Position numbers and translations under genes: made by a program. Shown one piece after another: positions 1 through 12,400 of a DNA stretch of 64,000 nucleotides; position 1 is the first letter of the stretch, and each line of letters begins with the position of its first letter. Under the pieces are notes generated by a model that saw only the letters and a program-made list of their open reading frames with translations, searched no databases and had not been told where the DNA came from. Where the stretch lies: positions 17,918,001 through 17,982,000 of the forward strand of contig OZ260667.1 in assembly GCA_965285935.1 (NCBI GenBank), given 5' to 3'. The DNA is from Ophelia neglecta (Eukaryota).

Positions 1-1
1 G

Positions 2-910
2 CTGCGTGCGCTGGCCGTGGCCGACTCCATGGTGTTGATAGTGGCCATTCCTTTGTACTCGGCCGCCTTTGTCTATCCCTTCACCGGCGTTTTACAGGGC
101 TACTACGAGATGTACATGAACATATTGCCTTACCTGTGGCCTTGCTATCTCATACCCTACACGGGAACTATTCTTCTTACCGTTCTTGTTTCGCTCAACC
201 GCTATTTTGCCGTCTGCCGACCATTTAATACAAACAAATTCTGCTCAACCCACCATGCCCGACGCCACGTTCTGTATGTTGCCTTGTTTTCCATCCTGTA
301 CAATATTCCACGCTTCTTCGAGTATGAGAAAGTCGAAGTCTGCACGGGGTATAACCAGTCCCGTGAAGCCTTTGACATCAGCTCTTTTGGTGGCAACAAA
401 CTGTATCGGATAATATATGCAAATGTACTGTACTTTCTTGTAATGCACGGAGGACCACTACTTTTGTTGTCGTTTCTGAATGCAAAACTCATCATCGCAT
501 TGAAAAAACGTCAGAAGCGAAGAAATGAGATGGGCAAAGGCGGATCTGGGTACCAACAGGACATCACGCTGGTACTGGTAGTAGTCGTTTTTGTATTCAT
601 ATTTTGTCAGACCCCGACTTTTATTGATCACATCCTGTGGACGGTAGTGGACGAGTCCCAGCGGACTTGCGGAAACTGGCACTACTACTACACGGCAATC
701 GGAGATATGCTGGCCATTCTGAACTCCTCTGTCAACTTTGTGATATATATTCTGACAAGCCGGCGTTTCAGACAAGGGTTGCTGACGACCTGCACTCCGA
801 CACAGGAGTTTCTACGTTTACAGTCTGGTGCAGGTAGGATGGACTTCACCATGGCGTCCCAAGGACAGCCATTAACAAATGGAGACACGCCACAGGGGCC
901 AGACTCTTAG
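2..910 (+). CDS. Class A (rhodopsin-like) GPCR, FMRFamide/peptide-receptor-like; 5'-truncated by the window edge
   Basis: The frame is open from base 2 (LRALAVADS, TM2) to TAG at 908-910. Motifs: TM3 end SLNRYFAVCRP (DRY-equivalent), TM4 YNIPRFFEY, TM5 Y..VLY...GP, TM6 VFIFCQTP, TM7 NSSVNFVIY, helix 8 SRRFR. No intron is seen across TM2-TM7. TM1 and the true start lie upstream. Confidence 0.93.
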   Translation: MRALAVADSMVLIVAIPLYSAAFVYPFTGVLQGYYEMYMNILPYLWPCYLIPYTGTILLTVLVSLNRYFAVCRPFNTNKFCSTHHARRHVLYVALFSILYNIPRFFEYEKVEVCTGYNQSREAFDISSFGGNKLYRIIYANVLYFLVMHGGPLLLLSFLNAKLIIALKKRQKRRNEMGKGGSGYQQDITLVLVVVVFVFIFCQTPTFIDHILWTVVDESQRTCGNWHYYYTAIGDMLAILNSSVNFVIYILTSRRFRQGLLTTCTPTQEFLRLQSGAGRMDFTMASQGQPLTNGDTPQGPDS

Positions 911-2671
911 CCAATCAGAGGCCGCCTTCCTGATATTGACCAATGGGATATTTAACCTGAGCTGTTCCATCTTATTATTGAACCAAATTTGTAAATACTT
1001 GTGATTTATTCTTATTTATAACTTTTAGCAATACCTTAATTCATAATACTGTTGAAATTTATTACAAAACCAGTTCTTGTGACAGCCTGTAAGCTATCCA
1101 TGTTCCACTTCACGTGAATTATTATATTATTGATAATTTTAATAATTGTTAAATTGGATTTGGCACAGTTATAAGATACTTTGCAAACTGCAAAATGTCA
1201 CGATTGCAAAGAGCAGGGTATTGACAAGATTTCTACCCGAGCCGAGCGTTCCATGTCACATAGAAATTAAAACATGTTGGGTTCCTAGTCGTCGGCAATG
1301 TAATGTGGGTTATGAAATGATCGCGTGCCTCTCGAGAGTCGCTCATCTACTATATGATCCGTCGCTGGCCCGTTGGCAAACTAGATTAATTTTCCTAGGT
1401 TAGAGCACATTCACTTATTAATATGGGTGATATGATTAGTAATTTTGATCCCCTATTATTTACCTACAGCAAACACATATCCTGCATTGTCCGCCCATAG
1501 CTGATTTCAATATTTAATGCCTAACTGACAATTACTGTTTAACAAATGCCGGCATCCGACAATATTCCTAGCATGTATTGGCAATTATCGGGTGATGAAA
1601 AACCCGTCAGATGGTTTTTACAATGTGACGTTTTTGCCACTTAACCGTGTGCAATTACTCTCAAATCGCCCGGTTTGCGGCGCCAGTTATCTATTTATTC
1701 ATAGGCTTCCTCCTACCAGCACCGAATGATGTACTGGCTAGCAGGCAGAACGGTCCCCGGAAACGATCCACAACACCAGAAAGAAATCGTCCTTATACTC
1801 GTCTCCTGTCTTAAGGCCTCTTTGACATCGTAATGTTTTTGCAGACCGTGTTTTACAAGCCCATCTGTCGTGGAGCCAATGCGTTTTAACTGCCATTGGC
1901 TCCTGTTTCCTTTCAGCAGAAATCATAAAGTCAAATCAGTGTGGTTTACTGATAAGCCGGGCCAGCCAAGGTGCACCCTAGCCAATAAAAGTAAGCAATG
2001 TAAAAGTTATTTGTTTTCCATTGTAGCTAGGCAGATTATATGTTTTTTGAGAAGCGGTGTATGTCGGACTCCATAATATAACAGAGAGGAGGTGGCAAAA
2101 TTATCAGGCAACAAAATCACTCAAGGAACATATTTACCTGTCGGTTTCCAAACAAAAGACTCAAGACAGGCCTTTCTGAAAACTCATGAGACAATGTGTT
2201 TTTATTGGCCCTTTATGTGAGAGGTAGTTCAAAAGTAATTCGTTCAGATTATTATAAAATTGGTCTGTATTTTGACAGGAAGGAGCAGGTAAACAATGAC
2301 CATTCTTGATTTCGCACATTGTTTACAAGAGTAGAGTTTTTGCCGTCGTGTTTAGTTCATTATGCACAAGGTAAACAATGATGGAGTATCAGCCTATTCG
2401 GATTGTTAAATCAAACTGGGCGAAGTGTATTCCGCCTGCGGGGCAAAGTAACGTAGTGACAATAGCCAGTAGAAGGCCCTTGGTCTATGTCATTCATATT
2501 CACAGTTATCTAATAATTTCTAGCTCATTTACTTCTTTCCTGATGCATGTAGGTCATAGGCATAATTTTGACAAAAGTGAAAATGTAACTTTTACTCAGA
2601 TAGATCCCACTAGTTTTGATTCCGCCTACGTACAGGCAAGTTCCGATGCATCATAAAAGGACTGTACCTAC

Positions 2672-3200
2672 AAGGAAAATTACAATATTTTGCATTAGGA
2701 TGAAATCAAAAGACGTCGACAGGAGTTGACTTGTGACTATCGGTCATCTCTTTCACCGCTTTCCAGCACAAAGGGACTCATTTCCGTGCGCTCAAATAAC
2801 CCCGTCAGAAATTCACAACTGAAGGTGGACATCCATCATCAGGCGAGCAGACTATCATCAGCTATTGAGTGACCATAGTTAGGTCTGCTTGTTGGGCTCG
2901 ATGTATCATTCTGATGGCTTTGAGCCGGTGTAAAGCTGTGGCGAGGACAGTGGTGTCCTGATTAGCGGACCAACCAATAACAATGACCACACTGAGTACT
3001 ACGGAAGATGAGCTTCGCAGAACTGCCTTCTATAATATTCGGTACGTTGCCAAACACTAAAGAATGGGAACTATTTCGGTGTGAAGCGGGATTTTGCGAT
3101 AGGTGTTGACAGTTCGACAGTATTTTATGGCTGGCATCTATCCACACTCAACGGTTTTCCTGCTGTAGCCGGCAGAATTCGTGGAGGTGCGGGCTCCTTT
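2672..3200 (+). mobile_element. Highly degraded PIF/Harbinger-like transposase fragment
   Basis: Manual translation across frameshifts and stops gives, in the expected order: IRMKSKDVD..LVTIG (2694), THFRA (2776), LPNTKEW...AGF (3047) and NGFPAVAGRIRG (3150). These resemble the Harbinger pattern FRM..F..L / T.FR.AI / P.T.EEW / GFP..GAIDG. No TIRs identified. Confidence 0.35.
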
Positions 3201-4880
3201 TCTTTGGACCTAATGAGCGCAAAGAAGACCAAAAATGCAAACGATAACTATCTTATTATGTGTATCTTTGTGTTATGCCTCTAATCAGATTGGAAGCATA
3301 ATCGAATTACAGCTTGTCTTTTCATGATTCACCAAGTATTTATTTTGTCAAGCGAACACAAATGTCTGTATGAGTTCTTCTCGAATTCTTCTAATCATTT
3401 CTCGGTTGCAGAATATCTTTGTCTCATACCTGTTCCACGTGAGGCTATAGCAGTTCTTTCATCTTTTATCTACTATGCTGTCTCTACTGGCCTTTTAATC
3501 AAATGGTTTTGCTCACTTTCTGCATCTCTTGTCTCGACTCGACATTTTACCGACTATCGTCTTATTCGGGATTTGTTTTTAATTAAAGGGGTCTCGTTTC
3601 TGACGTGGATGATTTATGGCTAGCAAGGCGGAGATTTGTCTGCAGACTACAGCCGCAGATCCTCGGCGTAGCAATTACTTGGTTCCAAGATCTACTTTTT
3701 TTGAGTCAATCAGAAACCAACATACAGTGTTAACATGAGGATCAGTACACCTCTTATTAATGAAGTCTTATTTAAAACAAGTGCCGTGTGGACAGGAAGT
3801 GGGGAGGTGTTATTTCCCTTGATCAAAGCGATCATTGTTGCGTACGCATTACATTGTGAGACATCACTCAGCAGAAAACTCCGTTACGCCATTAATACGT
3901 TGAAATGGGATCAGCCTTCAAACCTATAAATCTTGGAATGATAGGAAATGATTATTGATTCGGCTAGAATTGCATAATAGTGCGGCATCCACTCCCTCAG
4001 ATGGCCAAAGTCTGCGGACGGCCTTTCTATTTACATGCAGATATCATGTAGATGACTGTGCCTATACATTCCGAGACGCCTAGACACCGGACGAGGCAGG
4101 TTGATCTTCTATCTGGCGGCCAGCGGGTGGCTGTTTATTTGTCCCTTGTACATTCGTCGTCCATATTGAGATGCCAAAGAAACAGTAGGTAGGATTCGAA
4201 TTATTCACGTGTCCACATGGAACATGTGTTGTGAAGATTCTGTAGAGAGCCTGTGCAGGTCTGTGCGGTGTCCCCAAGATATTAGCCTAATTTCACAACG
4301 GAAATGGTTAACCATACATTTAAATCTTATTTCTGATTAGAAAATATTTGTTTTTAAGTGAAGTGATCGATGACTGGTATAGTAGAAATGGTTACTTAAC
4401 TTTTCCTTGATACTGAACTGCGGTAAGGCCGTAGTACATCGCTACTTTTGTATTTTATACAAACAAAAGAAGCTGGGAAAATATTCCCTAAATTAAATAA
4501 ATGTACGTGCGGGAATGTCAGGGGAGTATATAAGCGAAGTGAGCCTCAAATACCATTTCCGACTTTGGTCATCTATCGAGCAATTTTACTTAAAGAAAGG
4601 GTCGCCTTTCATGTATTGCGACATAGACTGTTACGGAACTACCTTTGGTAGCGACGGCTGATAATAACGCTTAAGTTCGGTCCAATGCACGCGGTTAACG
4701 GTCTTTGGCAAGCATTGATAGGGAACAGCAACTATTTTCCTTGTTCCTTGAAGAAACACCGATTGGAAACCACTTTTAACCTAACAGAGGGCCTATCCCG
4801 ATAGCACAACAATCTGATATGGTTGAGGCCATGGGAGAATAAAGAAAATAAAACTACACTTTAAAACCTGGCGCTGATAT

Positions 4881-5695
4881 ATGACAGTTCTTGCTCACAC
4901 TAGGACAGTTCGTAATCAGGGAGTTATGTTTGACAACTCTCTGTGTATGGATGACCAGGTATCCAGTGTTGTTAAGTCAACCACTTGCCACCTTCTCATC
5001 AACCTGCGTATTCCAAAATCTTTAAAAACCGGAACCACCAAAGCCTTTTCATTGCTCATGTAAGGCCTCGACTGGACACTGTAATTTTCTTTAAGTGATG
5101 TTTCCCTGAAATAAATTGTCAGGCTTCAGCGAGTCCGGAACTACGCAGCTCGCCTTGTGTTTATCTCAAGTAGGAGACACATAAAACACTTTTTTTGCGC
5201 GAGATGCACTGGCGTCCTGTCGCCTTTCGGGTCAAGAACAAGACGACCTTTCTGATATTCAAGACAATGCATGGCCTGTATCCACTTTACATTTCAGAAC
5301 TTGTTGAAGTTTAGCAACCTTCACGATTACTTAGGTCAGAGTCAGAACATCTTCTCAACTTTCCTAGGTCGAGACTGGTCACTGCTGGTGATGGAGCTTT
5401 CTCCATTTTCGGACCTAAGTTCTGGCACCATTTAACAAGCAGCATGAGATCTATCGAGTCAGTTGACGCCTTTAAATCAATGTTTAATACTCATTACTTC
5501 AGGCTTGCTTTTAATTGCTGTTTGACCGGAAATAAATAAATGAGCTCCGCTGGTTTCTTTAGTTCTGTTTTTGCATCCGTTTTTATGTAACCTATTCAAT
5601 TTCAATTGAGACTTTACTTGTACTTTCTTATTTTAAAGCGCTCTTCAGCTCTTATACGAGGAAAGGAGCGCTCTATAAATGCCAATATTATGATG
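4881..5695 (+). mobile_element. 5'-truncated L2-clade non-LTR retrotransposon (ORF2 C-terminus plus 3' UTR), degraded
   Basis: Translates through frameshifts as VRNQGVMFDNSLCMDDQVSSVVKS, RLQRVRNYAARLV (5121), EMHWRPVAFRVK (5201), FKTMHGLYPLYISEL, LLRS...PRSRLVTAGDGAFSIFGPKFW and FKSMFNTHYF..AF. It ends in an L2-type 3' stem-loop (AGCGCTC 5637-5643 / GAGCGCT 5666-5672) followed by CTATAAAT. Confidence 0.9.
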
Positions 5696-6559
5696 TTTAT
5701 TAAGGTCACAAATGCTTTCTCAATTCTCATTGTTAATGGGAAACGTATCTGACTAACATAAAGAAGCTGCACATTTGCCAATTACAATTATGATTCGTCA
5801 ATTTTCCCATGAAGTTTATTCTATTGCGTGGAGTCACGTAATCTTATAACTATATTTGACACCTCATTAAATAGGAAATGCGTGTATAGAACGAGACCAC
5901 GCATGTTAGTAAGAAATAACAACAAAAGAGAAGAGTGAACTTACCACACCAAGAACTATGCTCTTGGTATTGGACGCAACTTTTATTTTTGGAGACTGAG
6001 TCATAGCGACTAGATATGAATCAAACAAATACCAAACGACCAGGGGACCTGTGAATTTCCTTCCCACAAACACTGGGTTCATTACCTGATGTCTGAAAGA
6101 ATACAAACTCTAGTTTAACACAGTGCATGCTTGGCACCCCACATCCTGTTGCAAGTGTTGGCAGGGAGTTTTGTGTTGTCAGGTTGATTGCTGACATGAA
6201 GACTCCTCTTCTCTAGGGCCCAGGTCTTGTGTTATCTTTTGGGAACTACTCGAATACTTAAACAAGCAATCACCTACGGCGGGATTGGGTAGTCTGCAAA
6301 CAAATCCACGGAGATGAGATAGAGATGTGCAGTGGAAGCGTCGCAGGCGGCTGTAGGGGGATGGATAGACACTCCAATACAATCAGTATCTGCCGTCTGC
6401 TCAGATAATGGAGGACTCGAGGTTATTTACTACTGGAAGATTTACGGCCGGGTATCATGTCATTGTCCTTGCAGTCGGTTCACAGCAATTTGAATATAAA
6501 GTTCCCTTGAGAGTAAGGACAGCAGGCAGCGGCTGCCTCGAGGCGACATGGCACCCTTA

Positions 6560-7000
6560 ACAATATATCTTATCACCTTTGTTTGCGGTATTAGTTTAGT
6601 ATTAGTATTAGTTTAGGTATGCCGCTAGGAAGGCAGCCAGTCGGTCCATTTACTTTGTTATCATTCCACTGTCTCCCTTCATGCCTTTGTAAATATCACT
6701 GCCAGACAAGATATTAGTCTGCGTGACAGCCTCGTTTATTCTTGGTGGTTTTGATATCATTTTGATATCTGTCTTAGTCCCGGAGTACTTGCTCTTAAGA
6801 TAGCGAACTTTGTAGAGCAATCCTTGAGAGATTGCAAAAACGCAATCGGACGCCCTACCTCTAACAACTTATAGAGTCACCTAAGACATAACTCAAGAGT
6901 GCGGGAGGCCTTAGCTTATATGGCGGCTTCTGTAATAACTTCGGCAATATTGAACATATCAGTTATTTATGCGTTTCATTTCATAACCAGCTCATCCGAT
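6560..7000 (-). mobile_element. Possible LINE ORF1 remnant
   Basis: The minus strand gives GRPIAFLQSLKDCSTKFAILRAS...QNDIKT, loosely like the ORF1 pattern RPIIVKF...K..IL...EDLT. Many disruptions; weak. Confidence 0.2.
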
Positions 7001-9335
7001 CATGGAACATGACATATTTTAGTAGGAGGGTGCACCGAATACAGCTTTCTAATAGCATTGGTTGTACTTGATAAATTCAAAGCTAGCAGCCCATGTCCTG
7101 GGCGATTCCTTTTAGTCCTCGGGGTTCACTTTTATTTACTAATGCAATCACAGCCAAGTCCCCTCTATTGCAAATGACTCATAGTTCTATCAGCATTATT
7201 ATACTGTGGACTATGAGTTATAGAGAAATCCTTCATGTTTCATAAACTGATATATTTTTTGTTCCCACCAAATGGCATCAGAAAAAACTAGCCAGGCGTA
7301 TTCAAAAGGTGCAAATATTTAGATGAATTCAATTGACAACATGTCCAACTTATAAGTATGGCAATATTAAATATATTATTGTATACATAATTTAGTTGCA
7401 CATTTAATTGGAGAATATATAAACATATAAAAATATATATTGCAATACTTATTTAGAAATATTGAAGCTTAACCATGTAGCCTCTTAATTCGTGTGAAAA
7501 AAATCATGTATAGACACGAAAGTCTTAATGTGCTTATTTTCAGCTGAAGTTTACCTATACGCAGTTATTTACTTTTTTTTAATAATATAGACCTGCCACT
7601 TATAACAAATTTATTGTCTCGGTTTGCCATGACCAGGGTTTCCATAAATTTTCAACCGATTTAAATTCTTTGTGGTGTTATCATGGCAACACTGTAAATG
7701 CAAAGATAAATTCCAGCACGCCACGGATTTCGGTAATTCATTAGCACCGTTGTTATTTAGTTGCAAAGTCTAAAATAGACATTTTTTAATCTCTATGAAA
7801 ATGAAATAATACTGTTTCCGTTGTTGGTTGGGTTGGTAATGTCACATAAGCCGTTGACATGTAGGGATATTTTATGAAATATAAGTGTGTGCAAACAATG
7901 TGATAATATTTGAAATGATGTGACTATGTTTTACGAGTTGACTATACTTGTTTTCCTTCTGTCTTGCAACTATATCATGTCTCATTGATCTGTTAAAAGT
8001 GTGTCATAATCAATGTTTATAAGATAAGATCTATTGTATTATATCTAGAATATCAACAATAAAATCATTCTAAAGAAACAGTGCCAGTAATTACACAAAC
8101 ACTAGGCCTTATAAAACGTGGCTTTCTTTATACAGGTGCAATCCACGCATGCTTAAATTGTACAGAGTCAGTAATTGCTGACATAAAAAAAGAAGTTAAT
8201 ATTTAATGTGGCAATGCTAGTTTGATTTGATTTATTCTTATGCCAATTTGTTCAGAAAGCAAAGCTTCAATTCTAGCCATCATAGCAGCCATCACGGAAA
8301 GTCATTTTCAAGTTACAGTCTACATACGGAACGGCCAATTAAACCAACCAGTACATCTAACGCTTCACTTTTCCAATTGAGTGGGCTACAACTGTTGTTT
8401 TTCTCCCTAGCAACCTGATTTATAGTTATTCTGTCTAATTGAACATTGGCAACCTGTCATAATAAGACAGTTTTATGACCCATTTTAGTATTTGCCATAC
8501 AAGCCTGCTTTGATGGTCATGATTTGCCCACTTGACTCCCTATGATGATTGATTTGCTCATATAAAATTGAGTAATAACCAGCCAGGAATACGACGTGCA
8601 TGACTGTGATGTTTAAATCACAGTGTCCAGACGGCATGTAACCCTGGCTAGAGTTACAAGTGAGGACTGGTGCCTAGAACTGCACGCCAGGGCATTAACT
8701 CTAGTATCTGATTTCACCCTCCTTGATACAAGGCCTTCGAGAGCAGTTAATTTGCAGAGATCGCGTTCCAACTCTCGTGAAACTATGCACGTGAAGTCTC
8801 TGACAGGGAGGCTCATGAAATTTTCATCGACAACGGAGTAAGGATTTGCCCCCCCCCCCCCTCTCGAAGTGAATGACCACCACCTAAAAGGTTATACGGC
8901 ACAGGGTGTCGACCTGATCGTGGGAAATTGTCCGACTTTTTTGGGGTTCACTTTTAACTTTCTACACATGCGAATTTTTAAGCCACTACGACGAAATTAT
9001 GCTGCCAGGCTATCAGAGAGGGTATAACACATCCATGAAGGGGTTTAATTCCCTTGTGTTATATCACCCACTACCACTCTCGGTGACACTGTCTGATCGT
9101 TCCCATGTCCCGCCCAGAGATTAATGGTCATAAAGAATTCATTGGCCAAGTTGTCAAGATTCTTTTAGTCGCAGAGTTGATATAAGGGGGTCGTCAACTC
9201 ATTTTAGGTGTTCCTGAATTCGAACTGACTCCCGTCAGTCTCAAGTGACATTAAGAAACAACCCCATCTGCGCAGTTCAAAGTATTTTTGCATCAACCGT
9301 CAGGTTGTATCAGGTTACACTGAGGGCGTATTAAA

Positions 9336-9435
9336 GATGCCCCCAAGTAAAATTGAAGTTGTCTAAGTCAAACAGAAGATGTTCCCAAGTCAAACTGACA
9401 TTGTCCCCAAGTCACACTGACGTTGTCCCCCAAAT
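9336..9435. repeat. Degenerate minisatellite, ~21-22-bp unit, about 4.5 copies
   Basis: Units: ccccaagtaaaattgaagttgt (9341), ctaagtcaaacagaagatgtt (9363), cccaagtcaaactgacattgt (9384), ccccaagtcacactgacgttgt (9405). Confidence 0.8.
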
Positions 9436-12400
9436 CCAATTTATTGCAGGTAATCCCGCCAAATGGGAGACTAAGAGATTTACTGAGCAGAACCTCCGGG
9501 GTATCATGAGCGAACCAAAGGTTCCATGACCGATTTTCACTGCAAACGACTATATGGTAGGCAGACGCTTTTTTATTGGTGTTTAATATCTACACAATAT
9601 ATGTATCGTGGAATTATCTTACTCTAATCGTTTCGATTCACAAGTACAATTTGAATAAACCCAATAGAATATATTTATACCAACCCTAATTATTGTTTAA
9701 GCATTAGTCCAGAAAGATCCAGATGTTTAAGAAGGTATAAATTGTCATTTGAGGATATACAAATTTGCTCTTTTTTTATTCCTTCACATTATGGTCAAAT
9801 TGGCTATATACCAGTCAACTTGAATGCGTGTTACATAAATGTAAGCCACCCTGGATTGAACTAACTGACGAGTACCATACACTTTCAATCACTCTTTAGA
9901 TATCTTTTTTTACGAAAGTAATTTACAATAACAGAATGCTTTTTTATTTTTAAGGGCATGCTCAGGAGTGAGCAGTGGCATAATTGAAATGGCCCCCTTA
10001 ATCTCTTGGGCATATGAATTATTGGTTTCGTCTTGTTCAGTTGTTTTACATGCCTAAACATGCCGTTATAAACTGTGGGCAGGTGCAACGATCTCAGAGC
10101 AAAGTGCACATTTATACACATGTCAGTGTGGCCATCTTGTGCGGTAATGACTCTTAACGTTTTAAAGTAATCTTCTAGAAAAAGAATATTCTTTCCCTGT
10201 TTGGTTGTTTTCCACTGGTTTGAATGTGATTTGCTGTAAGTCGAAACAGCAAGTGTACAATATATTTGCAAATCCAGATCGAAGACATGTTAAAATTAAA
10301 GACATATCGATATAATTATTTTGAGCTGATTTCCCATCGCCACATCCTAGTGCTAATGAAATCTGCGGGTCACTCACGAAATCTCAGGGGCTTAGCTCAG
10401 TAAATCTCTTTTTTCCCTGTTGGGAGTTTATCAACGGTGTAACTAGAGCTAAATGCAAGTCATTTAACATTTCCTTCAAGTTGTGTGAAGAACTACTATA
10501 GTATGATAAATAAAGTTGAGGCAGTATATAAATGCGCGCTTAACCCCCCATCAATAATATCCTTGGGATAGTAAGGGGCCATCTCGTGAAGCAGACACAC
10601 CTTTAACCTATATTCTAATGCAGATAGGCAGCCAGTTTAACTTTTAAAATTACTGGCGGGATGGGCCCCGATCGATGTACATGTCTAAAATGTTATCGGC
10701 CGTGTAAGACTATTTTGGACTTTCGGTAATTATACACGAAATAGCCTGATAAAGGACAATACAGGCACTAATTGCGCAGGTGGTAATATGAGGACTGACA
10801 CATGAGAATCCGAAGATGTTGTGTTGTCAAATGTCATACCTATGTAACGTCCTTTATGGTCCAGGTGATTTATAGAACTGCCATGCAATTAAATGTTAAT
10901 ATTGAAAAGAGAGAACGTGGAAAATTGATGTTATATTTTTCTGCGGTATTAATTACTCCTTTTATTTGTTGAATATGCAGCAATGATGCAGACTTCCACC
11001 ATACGATCCATGGCAGACGACAGCACAATGTGTCGGGCGCTTTTATCATGTCGGGCTATAATGGCTATTAACGCCCGCTGCAACTTTTATCAGAACATTG
11101 TACGAATAATATGAGGTGGTGTCTGAATAAAGTGTGATGATAAAGGAATATATTTAAATTAAAAAAACATTATTTTGAAGGCCGAAATATACTGCATTAA
11201 CTATACCTATCAACAATGATGTGCTGCAAATCCTGGCATATGGAGCACGCAGCTCAAAATGCTAATGGCACGTAATATTTAAAGACCAAGAAGTTGCTGA
11301 TTCTCTAGACTTTCTTCTCGGAACCAGCCTTATGAAGTAACCACAAACATTCAAGTGAACTGAAAGAGCTTCTTCAGTTTATTGATGTATACTTCAGACG
11401 TACTGAAATTATTGAAGTGCCAATCTACAGTAAGGGAAAAACGGGTGATTATTATTGATATAGTCAAACTCACATACGTGTAGCAAAAGTAAAAAAAAAC
11501 ATTAGGTCTATATTAGGTTCCTATTTGATAGGGTGCGGCCTTTTAATATGTATGTTTAACTACAGCGGAATGCGTTGCCATTTGTCTTTAATCTTTAGAT
11601 AGCTTTTGCCAATATATCATTAAAAGACAGGTAATTACTAGACATTACTAGTCCCTACAATCCGGCTTCTGTCTGTATTAGGTCGTTTTCAGCAATTTTC
11701 GCATAAATAGTTTCCGTTTCTCAGAAAATATAGGCTTAGATATTATTGGGCGTCGTTTTGTTTTTCCCGGGGTTTCTACAGTTCTCAGATGTTGACGACT
11801 ACTCTCCTATTAAAAAGGGAAAGGGGTGTGTTCTCACTGGGGGGAAGGGGGGGGGAATTAAAGCACTTGGCAGTGCACAACAGATGACCACCAGTTAAAA
11901 CCGCATTTAACCAAAACCATGTGTATACTTTCATTTTTCTAGTTCAGGTCAAATCAAGAGAGCTATATACAGGAAAATCAGGGTTTGCTTTGCGCCACAA
12001 GAAATGAACTTACATCAAACCACAAGATACGGTTCTTTGAGAGTGATTTCGTGCTTTCATTATCATAATTTTCATTTGAAATTTTGTGCGCGTACAGGAA
12101 CTTTAATGTTTTGGCTATCTAGTAATGAGCCTTACCACCGCCCCATTATAAATCTGGAATGGGGGGGGGTCCAATTAAGTACAGACAACATTAAAGAAAA
12201 ACACAAACGCTGGATTGAAAGGGAGAGGAGGTACGTGGAAGCAAACAAGATCCAAGGAAAGCGGGCTCTGAGGAAAAGCACATTATGAAATACCTGCCCC
12301 CTATAGCGTCTTGTAAGTTTACCATTCTCTCTAAAAGGGAGCACAATCTCTTACTGAAAACGATCTCAAGATATACAATTAAGTGGGCGTTAATTAATAA

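Noticed and set aside
9336-9435. Short repeats considered as a CRISPR-like array (also the 75-bp repeat at 30815-31040)
   Set aside because: The units are contiguous, degenerate tandem copies without unique spacers; there are no cas genes and the DNA is animal.
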